Origin: the human T2T-CHM13v2.0 reference genome, Homo sapiens
Reading direction: 5' to 3' (one strand)
DNA: 64,000 nucleotides
Assembly (NCBI RefSeq): GCF_009914755.1
Contig: NC_060936.1
Each line of letters opens with the position of its first letter. Position 1 is the stretch's first letter. The position numbers and the translations under genes are program-made. Under the pieces are notes generated by a model. That model made no database searches, was not told the DNA's origin, and saw nothing but the letters and a program-made list of their open reading frames with translations. This document shows positions 30,954 through 42,897 of the stretch, piece after piece.

Positions 30954-32847
30954 CAAAATCACACATAAGTTTAAAATAATTTTCTTCATCAAACCCTTGG
31001 CTTGTTAAACATTGCTTGGAAGGGTTTCACACGCACTCTAGTAGGACTTTAAAAAGCAGACCCAAAGACAAGGAAGCCACAAGCTTTACAGATGCTCAGG
31101 AGAAAAATGTAGCCATTTAAAAAATTGTAATGTGATAGTTATGAAATTTCCCTAAATTCATTTTGCAGAATGAGAGCTGTAATTTAAACCTGAAGTTATC
31201 GAGAGCTGAGATAAACCACACATCACGTGCAATTTAATCTGGCAGGGAAACAGGCCACTCGGAATTGCTAACTAGGCCTAATTCATTACATCTCGGTGAA
31301 TGCAGTACTTTTGGTCTTACGCGTCTTTCAACTCCTGCATTAATATATTTACCCAGACCTCATGGAAAATGTATGGGAATGGAAACAGAAATACTGTATC
31401 CTTGTTTAAATCACATTTCATTTTTTAAACAGCTCAAATGATTGCTCAGAAAGATCACACCTTCTTCCGAAGCATTTATGAAACAATTATTTACATTACA
31501 TTAAAAACTTTAATTGCCTCAAAGCACGTGCTCTGAGACACAAATATTGGAAAATCATCAAAAATATCCATCATGATTCTCTCTTCTTTATAACTCTTCT
31601 AAACTTTATCTTTTTTATAACCCACTGTATTGATCTATTGTCCCAGACCAAGAGTGATGTCAGAAGTCTAGGCTGGGTCATAAAAAGAATATAATTTCCA
31701 TTTGCTGTCCATAAAAGCAAATCTTTTGATCAGAGAAAAAGGAAAAACATGTCCCCTTTTTTTGAGTGGGGAAGAGGGTGCGGTGCTATGTATCAGGGGA
31801 ATAAGCCAGAGAGGAAGGGTGACCTCACCTTTAAGGGTGGTGGCAGGGATAGGCAAGGGGGTTGGTGATGGAGGGGGCTGGGAGTATGAGTTCCCCCTGG
31901 AGGTGACATCTCACCTCCAGGGGAAGTGGAAACAGAGGACCTCGAGCTTGCACAGAGGCAAAAACAAACAAACAAACAAACAAACAAACAAACAAAAAAG
32001 CAGACAGAAAAATGTAAAACAAGAAATCCAGTCACCCCGGTTGTCAAGAGTCCGAAGAATTGCAAAGGACCGGAACCTCCCTCTAGCCATGCTGAAGACC
32101 CTCTCCCCAAAGACAATCACAATAAAGGAATGTCATGTTGCAAAGAACGGAGCCCCGGATAATAATGATGATAACAACAGCAGAAACCTCCGAGGTTTTT
32201 AAGGATCCGGAGCCCCCACAGCAGGGGTAGGGCACCCTCAACAGTCATAACAATAAAACAAGCCCACTGGGGGAAAAGGCCCTCCAGAGGTTTGGTTCAG
32301 AACCAAATAACAAAACCTCCAATAATCATCATCACAGTAAAAGGGTTTCACCTTGCAAAGCTGTGGGGGAGTCCCTATAATTGGGTTAAAGACCCCCCAG
32401 ATAATAACAACAGAAATCCCTATTCCAAAGGACCTGAGGCCCCGCCCTCGGCCCCCGCCCGTAAAGAACCCTGAGCTACTACTCAGACGAAGCCCCCCTC
32501 CCCGCCAATAATAATAATATAATGGCGCGGAAACTGTGGGCGGTGGTGGTGACATTTCCCACGACTCAGTGGCGCCCCCGGGCGGCTCCCACCCTCCCTC
32601 CGGCCGGCGCGTCTACGCAGCCCCAAGTGCTGGCTGCGACCCTCGGATCCCAAGCATATCTGGCGATGGAGCGGCGGCAGCCCGAGGCACGTGTTGTGTG
32701 TGCTCCGATTGCAAAAGAAAAAAAAATGCATTTCAAACTATTAACTTTTTTTTAAGCGTGCAATGCCGGGAGCTGGGGGTAGACAGGTGCAAGCGGGGGT
32801 AGGCGCCCCGCGCGCCCGCCTCCCGCAGCGCCCCCTCCCAAACTTCC

Positions 32848-32915
32848 CTTTGCATTGATCAGCACGTTACGTCAGTATTGATAAGTTTGCAAAAAGCCAA
32901 AGTCAAGTGCAATCG
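32848..32915. promoter_or_regulatory. AT-richer proximal promoter motif block
   Basis: ATTGAT 32854 and 32877, CRE/ATF-like TTACGTCA 32867-32874, NKX-like TCAAGTG ~32903, embedded in GC-rich DNA. Confidence 0.55.
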
Positions 32916-33155
32916 CGCGGCACACCGACCCCGGACTTGGGGGGGAGATGCAGCGAGCGCTCCGCGGGCCCGGGAGCCGGCGGCAGGCAGGGCAGCGGCG
33001 GCGCCGGCGCCTCTCGGAGAGGCTGCCTCCCCCCAACCCCTCCCCTCCCACCCCATCCCCGGCTGCCTCCCCCGGGCGGGCGCCGAGCTCCCCGCCCGGC
33101 GCGCTCCGCCCGCGCCCTCCGGGGGTCGGGGGGGCGCACGGCTCCCGGGCCCGTT

Positions 33156-33187
33156 GGCGGCGGCGGCGGCGGCGGCGCGGCGGCGGC
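33156..33187 (+). repeat. (GGC)7 GC (GGC)3 trinucleotide repeat upstream of CUX2 ATG
   Basis: Read directly from sequence. Confidence 0.95.
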
Positions 33188-33362
33188 GAGGGGCAGCGGG
33201 TGGCAGGAGGCCGGAGGGCGCCCGAGGGGCCCCGGGCCGCGGCGCTCAGGGCCCGGGCGGCCGGCGGCGGCCCCGGGGCTGGGGGGAGTCCAGCCCGGAT
33301 ATTGAGTGCAGCCATTGAGAAAAGCCAAACTCTTGTGTGTGCGCGTCTCGATAGCCCCCAAG

Positions 33363-33425
33363 ATGGCCGCCAATGTGGGATCGATGTTTCAATATTGGAA
33401 GCGATTTGATCTACGGCGACTCCAG
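33363..33425 (+). CDS. CUX2: CUX2 exon 1 coding part (21 codons, phase-0 intron follows)
   Basis: ATG at 33363 in strong Kozak context (ccAagATGG). Translates [21 protein letters not shown], the CUX2 N-terminus (paralog CUX1/CASP reads ...FDLQQLQ). Donor CAG|GTTAGT at 33425/33426. Lies in a CpG island. Confidence 0.96.
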
Positions 33426-33895
33426 GTTAGTGCGGGCAGCGCCGGCCGCGCGGCCGTGAGGAGCCCCCGGGCGCGCCCTGGGCGCATTGGGGAGGTCCCC
33501 GGGCGGGCAGGCGGACGCCCTGGGGCGGCGGGCGGCGGCTGCCGGGGCTCGCCGGGGCTCGGCCGCCCGCTGCCCATCGATAGGTATTAGGAATTGATCT
33601 CGCCGCTGCTCTTTGTTCGGTTCAGTCATCGATTAGCTGCCGCGACCATGGAGAAGCGCTAGTGAGCCCTCGGTCGGCGGAGCGGCCGAGCGGCCAGGCG
33701 GCCGGGCGAGGAGCGGGGAAGGCAGGGGCTACGGCCTCGGGCAGGGGGCTGCTGGCGGGAACCCCCGGCGGTCCCCCCTGAGCCGCACTTTGCGCGCCTC
33801 CCAACTTCGCGGCGCCCGGGGAGGCCGCGGAGCGCGCCGCTTGCCAGTCCGCACCCGGCTGGGGCTCCGGCGAGGGAGGGAGGGAGCTGGCGGGC

Positions 33896-33942
33896 AGGGA
33901 GGAGGAGGAGGAGAGGAGGAGGAGGAGGAGAGAGGAGGAGGG
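33896..33942 (+). repeat. (GGA)n purine repeat
   Basis: ggaggaggaggaggagaggaggaggaggaggagagaggaggag. Confidence 0.9.
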
Positions 33943-34045
33943 AGCCGGGGTTGGCGAGGAGGCGGCTCCGCGCCCCGCCGCTCGCCGGCACCTCAGCCTT
34001 CGCCGCCCGCCTGGCTGCGCAGCCCGGACGCGCCGCCACCCGGGG

Positions 34046-34078
34046 GCCGCCGCCGCCGCCGCCAGAGCCGCCGCCGCC
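34046..34078 (+). repeat. (GCC)6 AGA (GCC)4 repeat in intron 1
   Basis: Read directly from sequence. Confidence 0.95.
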
Positions 34079-37000
34079 GGACTGGCCGCAAGCGCCGGCA
34101 GACCTCTTCTCCTCGGGCCGGGGTCTTGGGGTTCGTCTTGCTTCTTGCCTTTACCCCCCCGCCCCTTCCATCCCCTTCCCAAGTCTAGATGCAGACGGGC
34201 GGTGGAGGTGGGCCCGGGCGCTCGCAAGTTTGCGCTCCTGCCTCCAGGGCGGTGGAGAGCCGGGAGCGGCGCAGAGCAGGTGACTCCCAGCCCTCGGGCC
34301 CAAGGGAACTTTTAAATGAGAGATTTCCTTGCTTGTTCTGCCTCCTGCGTTTCTCCCCGCTGCTCCCCTCGTCTCCTCTCTCCCGTCTCTGCTTTTCTTC
34401 TGTTTCTTTCCTCTCTTCCCTGCTCTTTCTCTCTCCTTCCCTAGGGCGACTCTTCGAAACCCCATCACTTTCTCCCCATCCTCCCTTTGTGGGAGTCTGT
34501 GTGCCTCCCCTAGATTTGGAGGTGTTCTCTGCGGACCCCGTAGGAGCCGGGGCTGGGAGGTGGAATCTCAGAGAACGCACCGTGGAGGCGCGGCTCCGGC
34601 CTCTGTTCTTTCCCGGAGTGCCCCGGACGCGCCTGGCAAGGCCCCCCAGCCTTGGAGTCTCGCAAAGTCTCGGCGGGTGCGGCGGGGATCAGGGGCGGGA
34701 AAATGGTGCGGATAACAGGGCGGTTAGAGCATCCTGCCTTGACCGTGACATTCGCGGAAGACGCGAGATCATCAGTCTGGAGATAAAAAGGGACCCACTT
34801 TTTTTTTTTTTTTTTAATCCGCCGGCAAATCTCGTTAAGTTTCTTCTGATAAGTGGTTCCAGCACCCGCGCCTTCTCCCCGTCCTGGCCGCTTCCCAGTC
34901 CCCGTCCTTCCGAACGCCCCACTCCTCGCTCTCCCCCTCCCCCAAAGCCATTGAGCTGGGGAGAAAATCGGGGCACTGAGGCATGCAGTTAATAACTGCC
35001 GAGTGCCTTGCAATTCCGGGTCCGCACTCGAGTTGGGGCTACAGTTTGGTGGCCAACTGAGACGGGCAGGGCTGCGAGCTGTGCCTGCCGGCTTAAATGA
35101 TGCTAAAGTGGCCTTTCTGGAAGAGTGGGGGTTATGGAGGCAGAGAGAGAGAGAGAGAGGGAGAATTGGGCAGCCACATTGGGCTTGGCACGAAGGCCAA
35201 TGGTAATCGTATTCCCTGCTAATGTTTGTAAATGAGACCCGGGCACGGCTGGGGGACAGCGTCTTTATTTATGATTGATGTTCTGTAACATAAGGAATGA
35301 CAAGAACGTGGCACACAAGAGGAGAGGAACCAGAAGGGCTGGCGAAAGCCCTTTGCAGGGTCCTATTGTTATTCTGGGCTGGAGAAAATTTCCGCGGCGA
35401 GATTTACAGCGCTGGTATTTGCTCCCGGTCGGCCGGAATGTCAGTTAACACAATTTTCATTAGATAACTCGTTTTCAATCCGGGGAGCTCGGGCTGCAGC
35501 CCGGGGAGAGGCAGGGGCTGGGTGCTGAGGGGAGGGTGCGGCTCCCAGGGGGCTAATGTCTGAACTAGGGAGGTTGGAACCTCACTGTCTTCAGTCTTCT
35601 ACCCAAGGGGTCTTTTGTGGAACGGTTGAGGTCACCCAAATCTTGATTCCAGCTGGACGCCCATTAATCTGGGAACCCTTTGTTAGGGTTTTAGAAGATG
35701 CATAGATGGAAAGCAAATTTGAACTGGAAAGGATAAAGGTAGGGGGTGGTGGAGGGGTTTGTTCAGGTGATGGGGAGATAGGACCCAGACCTCCCAGCCT
35801 ACAGGGTGTATATGTGAAGGGGGGGGTTGTTCGTTAAAACAATGGCTAGTGTGTCTGGCACACAGGAGAAGGCTCTCAGGGAAGGGGGGTAAACTCATTT
35901 ACATCGATATTAAGTGGAGGGGGTGTCCCTGTGGGAGTTTGCAAGGCAGCACACTTCTAGAAAGCAAAGAAATAAACGTGGCAGCCGTGGCCGCGTGCAA
36001 ACATTTTGGCCCTCCATCTGCCGCGTTCCCCACCCCCAGCCTGAAATCTTCAGCTGGTCCCCTGGCCAACAGGCCCGCAGCCCCCCACCCCCACCCCACC
36101 CCATATCCTCACTGATGGCATTTTTGTTGGAAGTGGATTAGGAGCCTAAGCACTTTGGCCTGGGATCCTCTCTTGTACATAATGCCAGTGACTCCTACGA
36201 CACACTTTTATTTTCATTTTTTGCCCCTCCCCTACTTTCCTCTTATAGGGGAGATAGCCAGAAAGGAGAACTTCTGCCGGCTTTTTCTGAGATCCAGGTA
36301 GGAGAGGCAGGTCCCCGTGCCCAGCCCCAGGCAGCCGGAGAGCCGGGGTCCCGCGTCCCGAGGCTGAGCTGCCTGTGATGTGAGGAGGTGCGTGGCTTTC
36401 ATTCCTGGCTGTTCAGGTTGAATGGTTTCTCGCAGCGTGGTTGCTGAGCATTAAAGTGGCCGAGGCAACATGGGCGGCCCCGTGTCCCCAGGCCATACCA
36501 CGTCGCTGACGCCATACCGATCCTGGCAAGAAAGGTGACCTTGTACCAGCCCGGTGTCCAGCCCTCCGGAAACGTATATTTTTCAAAAATGGAAGCGTTC
36601 CAGTTATTATTCCTTCCAGCGCCGTCTCTGTACACAGCAGGGCTGTTTTCCTAGGCTGGAAGTCAGTCAACAACCTTAATGACTTTGGGCCGATGGTAAA
36701 GGTGATCTGACATGTGCCACCCTACTCCGGCACTCCTGAAACTACCTCCCCCCGTCTTTGCTTCTTTTTTGCCTTTGCTGCTAGCAGCTCAGGAAACGAG
36801 AAGAAATAAAATTCCATCCAAAGATAATGCTAGGCATATTTCATTTGGTTATAAGATTGCTTTATGGTGAACATTACTAATGCAGTATTTTTTTATGGCT
36901 TTTCTGTGTATAATCGTCGTAACCGGATTCATACCTTTATGATTTTCTTTTTCTGCTTAACTTTCTACTTTTTTTTTTTACCATGCTCTGGGTCCAGTCT

Positions 37001-38700
37001 CCCATGCTGTCTTCCCTGACTCCAAAGAGGGTTAATTGAGCTAACAATGAGCTGGGGGGCACCCAGTCCAAATGAGGGTCCTCGGTCCAAATGCCCATCT
37101 GTGTTTCTGGGGAGAAAGGAGCTTGGTCAATAGGATTACATAGTACTAATCTGGGAGGAAGGGGCAAATTCTGCTTCGGGTGTCAGCAGTTGGGAGAAAG
37201 ATCAACAGGATGAGCAAAGAGAGGCCGGACTTTTCCAAGGAGTTTGGAGAAACTTCCGGGAACACTCAATCTCCTGGCGCAGGAGAGCAAGATGGTGCTT
37301 GATGGAATATTTTCCCCTGCTCAAAGTTTAGAAAAGAGCAGGGATGTGATTAAAATATTATAACCTTATGATATTCTGAAGTGCATAAATTTTACATATC
37401 AGCCACAGAGAGTTTAGACATCCATTAGAGCCTCTGACAGCTTGACTTATCTAAATGTGCTATCATTTAACAATGTGTCAAAATTCCTCTTTCTATAGAT
37501 GACAGCAGTAAATAAGCTATCAGCCCTGTTGGCGGAATCCTAACTTTGGAAACTTCACCATAATAGAATTGCTGCCGAGGTCCAATTGCAGCCGAGGTGG
37601 GGAGCGTGAGCCCGCAGAGCTTGGCATGGCTCAGCCCCCTGAGAGGGGTTGGCATTAGGTGAAGACAGCTCTGAGAATAAGACAAACCCTTGGACTCTCT
37701 TCTAACTCCAGCCAGTGGGTGACCCCATTCCCTCTGCCTCTCCAAGTCCGTAGAACCCACACCCTGTGGCCCTTTTCTGCAGAAAGAGCTAGAAACAGGT
37801 GTTGAGAATTTATTTAAAGAACCCAGCAGCCTTTTCTGGGTCTCCCAAAATTGTAGTTTCTCAACTTGACAGAGATTGCTTCTCAAAAACGGGCTCTCTC
37901 TTTGAATGCTAGAAGAAAAAACAAGCAACATCTCATCCCTCACTGGTTTTACTGTTGGGGGTCTTGAAATTTCTTTTATTAATACTTGAATTCACTGTAG
38001 AAAATGGAGAAACCACGGACCAGCTAAAAGAAGCAAATAAGTGTCTCGGTGGGTTATTTCAGATGAGCACGGTGCTATTTTGACCAGAGGGAACAGCTTT
38101 TCTGATGGTGGTGGTGGTTTTTCTTTCTTTTACTTTTTTCCTTATTTTTTTTTTTAAACTCTCCTGTTAAAAAGAGGATTCTATCTTCGAACTTGACATT
38201 CTGTCATGGTAACCTTTCTTCCGGCAGATGGGATTTCAAACGTGAGCACCTTGGCTAGTGCTAAATATATGGTCCTGGATGATGGTAGACAAGGCTGCCC
38301 AGAAACTGTGGTTTTCTGTGCTGCTTCTGAAAGGGCTGAATTTCCGGTGGCTTCCTGGCTATCTAATTCAAAGGCCGGGCCTGGCAGAGGTGAAGCATTG
38401 GAAGGGGACTCAGGTGGTGACCTGCCTTTGTTCCTGGCCTTGGGATTCAGGGTCCCATCTTCTGTTTGATATTTTTCCTCTGGGGGTGCTCATTATTTAT
38501 GATGGTGTCATATACTGGAGGGTGTCAGGGATGGTAGAGGTTGGCAGGGGGGAAGGACCCCAAGAACTGTATTCTGTGTGGCCTTTAGTGCTCCTGGGTG
38601 AATCATCCCACATCCCAAGTCTCCTGCTTCTTAACCCTTGAAGTCAGCTGGCTGTGCCCAACTTTGCTGTACGAGTTATTGTAAAGGTGAAGGATGCTGA

Positions 38701-39010
<310 letters not shown>

Positions 39011-39097
39011 GCCCCTCCCCTTCTTTCTCCATCATGGTCGTGGTGGTGGGGCTATTGACCTTTTAAGCAATATTTTTGAAACAAAAAATTATGTCTA

Positions 39098-39483
<386 letters not shown>

Positions 39484-39910
39484 CGGAAAAAAATATACTC
39501 CTATCATGTTTAGATTAAAATTCAAATTTTTTTTCCCTGACAGATCCCCCAGGATCTGCCCCATTCTCTCAATCTCTCTGGCTCCCTCTCCAACCACTGT
39601 ACCGCAGCGGCCTTCTCTTTGTCCCACAAACACATCAAGCATGTCCCCACCTCAGGGCCTTTGCATGTATGCTTTCCTCTGCCTGCGACCCTTTCCCTCC
39701 CATCTCTCTGTGGTTGGCTCCTTCATCTCTTTCATTCTGAGCCCAAATGTCGTGACCACTCAGCCTAAAGAAAACTAAAGAAGCTTCCACCACTGTTTCC
39801 CCACTGTAATATGCAGATGTGCTCCCATATTGCTAAGGACACCCCAGAGGGTTTTGACCATAGAACCCTCTCAGGGTATGGTCTCTCTCTACACATGCTA
39901 GGTTTACCAT

Positions 39911-40106
39911 CAGATGGGGCCAACCTTTTTCTATAGAGTTGGATAATAATACACTGGGCTTCGTGGACCATAAGCCTCCACTCTGCCATTAGCATGAAAC
40001 AGCCACAATGAGAATGAATGGACGTGGCTGTGTTCCAATAAAACTTTATTTATACAAACAGGCAGGGGGCCGGTTTTGGCCTGAGAGCTGTAGTTTGCCT
40101 GCCCTG
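39911..40106. mobile_element. MER58A-like hAT-Charlie element
   Basis: gtggctgtgttccaataaaactttatttatacaaacaggcag ... tagtttgcc. Confidence 0.82.
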
Positions 40107-40239
40107 GGTCTACTGGTCTATGTCATGGCTGTCATATATAGGCTGTGGCATGGCTGAAATTTTAACTTTTCAGTTAAGAGTATTAAAGTGGATCAAACTC
40201 AGTTCCCAAAACTTGTTCTTGACCCTTTCCCTCCAGAGA

Positions 40240-40490
40240 GAAGCATGAAGAGTCAGAGCAGTGAGAGGCCCCTGCCTGGCTTCAAATCCTGGCTCCATCA
40301 CCTACTAGCTGTGTGACCTTGGATGAGTCACTTAACCTCTCCAAGCCTTACTTTCTTTGTCTTTAAATGGGACTAATAATAGTCTCCGCCTTCTAGGTTG
40401 TTCAGGAAGATCAAACCACTTTGAACATGAAAGTGTTTAGCACAGTGTGGGGCACACAGTTGCTGCCCTGTGAATCTGAGTGACTTCCTA
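40240..40490 (+). mobile_element. MIR
   Basis: ttcaaatcctggctccatcacctactagctgtgtgaccttggatgagtcacttaacctctc. Confidence 0.85.
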
Positions 40491-41654
40491 TTGTCATTGG
40501 TATTTTTAGAGTATGAGAGGAGAAAACCAAATAAACAGCAGCGGCTGGAACTTGCTGGCCTTGCAGGCTGTTTTAGAGATTTCTGAGCAAGTTTTCTCTT
40601 CTCTCTTACTCCTTTGGGGTTACTATATTAGTATTGTACTAATATTATATGTAGTATATTTTGGGAGTTCTGACCACAGAAATTGCAGACGGGGAGCTAT
40701 GTCTGGCCCATGGATGTGTCTGTCTAGATTAGTGAGATATTTAAAAACACTTTTGTGTAAGTTGTCAGCATTTAAAACACAAGAGATTTACCTAAGAAAT
40801 CTAGGTGACCAGTGTCCCCTGAAAATCAGGAGCTCTGGCCACTGTGGGCAGGTCCAATGGAGAAGGGGAGTGGAGACCTGGGAGGGACATTTCCAGGCAG
40901 AGGGAACACCCAGTGCCAGGGCCCTGTGCCAGGGGTCCTCAGTGGGTCAGGCCAGCTGTCGGAGTCCTGAGGAGGGTCTTCTCTGTAGTTCAAGGCCACA
41001 GGCCGCACCTTCCCAGTGCCTAGTTCCAGAAGAGGCTGCATTTCCAGAACAAATGAAAGGCTCCTGACCAATGCATGAAGATACCCGGTTAGTAGGGTTC
41101 AGAGCCTGCTGTCTCTGCTTCTTCCCAGGAGCCCACACCCCCAAAAGTGGGCCTGTGGCTGTCCCCCGAAACCCCTCCGGAGCACACCCCAGCCTCTGCC
41201 AGTCTTCAGTTCAGCCCAATGAAACAGCAGTTCCAGGATATGCATTTGCCATTAAAAACAAAGAAAGAAAGAAAGAAATCAATCCTTCGGCCTCTTTGGC
41301 CTGAGCTGGTCGTCTGCCCAGAGACGCTGGGGGGCCCAACGGTGCTTAAGACTCTGTGAGCCGCCGTCGCTCAAGCTGGACGGGGTAAATGGCTCCCGGG
41401 GAACCATTATGGTCGATTGACTTGCCCAGCCGCCGGTGTGGACTGTGGGTGTTGCGGATCCGGAGACCACAGGGGTCACAGGGGCCGCCAGTCCAGGGCA
41501 GATTTCCCTGAGTGGGGCCATCACTCCTAGGCCTTGCTGCTACAGATGCCTGTGAGTGTCTGTCATCTGCTACGAGTGTCTATGGGTGCGGGTGTCCCAG
41601 GGGATGTGGTGTGAGCTGCGGAATCAAGCCCTACACCCTCCACCCCCAAAGACT

Positions 41655-42200
<546 letters not shown>

Positions 42201-42716
42201 AAGTGAATAATAATTGCTGTTATCCTTCACTCCAGAACTGTACATTCACCACTTACGGTATAAATAATTATATATAAAAAACAAATACAATAACTAATAA
42301 TTACATATTAAAGATGATATAGTAAGCAAGGAAGGCAAGGTGCCAGCTCTCTCAGAGCCCACAGGCCATGGGACGAGTGGATGCACATGCCATTTCACAG
42401 ACGGGCAAGGGGAGTAGATTCCGAGACAGTATATGGCAAAGGAATTGCCTGGGTCTGGACCTCAGGGGATGCTTCCTGGAAGAAATGACCCTTCTGTTGA
42501 GATCTCAAGGACAAGGTTAGGGAAAAGCATCTCAGAAGAGGGAACAGCATTTGCAGAGACCCCGAGAAGGGTGGAAGAATTGTGCCTCCAAGGAACTGAA
42601 GAAAGCAGTATGGCCGGGAGAAGATTCTGAGCAGGTTACTGGGCCTGTCTCATTCTCACTTTTGCCACCTGCCAATGAGGAGTAGGGATGGAGGATATAA
42701 TACGACACTGCATGGT

Positions 42717-42897
42717 GGCCGGGTGCGGTGGCTCATGCCTGTAATCCCAGCACTTTGGGAGGATGAGGCGGGCAGATAATTTGAGGTCAGGCATTTGAGA
42801 CCAGCCTGGCCAACATGGTGAAACCCCTTCCCTACTAAAAATACAAGAATTAGCCAGGCGCGGTGGCTCACGCCTGTAATCCCAGCACTCCGGGAGG
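42717..42897 (+). mobile_element. 3'-truncated chimeric Alu fused to an antisense MIR
   Basis: Left arm, linker, then a second left-arm start; no tail. Confidence 0.85.

Larger units (their letters stand above)
32440..35080. promoter_or_regulatory. CpG island / CUX2 promoter and start of intron 1
   Basis: Very high GC and CpG density, GC boxes (CCCGCCC near 32441-32460), GGC/GCC/GGA triplet runs. Smaller CpG patches continue to ~36640. Confidence 0.92.

Noticed and set aside
33363-33425. Assignment to CUX1/CASP
   Set aside because: Peptide ends DLRRLQ (CUX2), not DLQQLQ (CUX1).
33306-33590. 94-aa ORF as a complete protein
   Set aside because: Starts at a GTG and reads through the exon 1 donor into the intron; only 33363-33425 is CUX2 coding.
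33622-35013. Long ORFs in the CpG island (267 aa +, 201 aa -, 167 aa -)
   Set aside because: Pro/Arg/Gly/Ala-rich, overlapping in several frames, no recognisable domain; expected from stop-codon scarcity in GC-rich DNA.
40513-41067. 184-aa ORF
   Set aside because: Runs through an L2-like fragment with no recognisable homology; likely chance.
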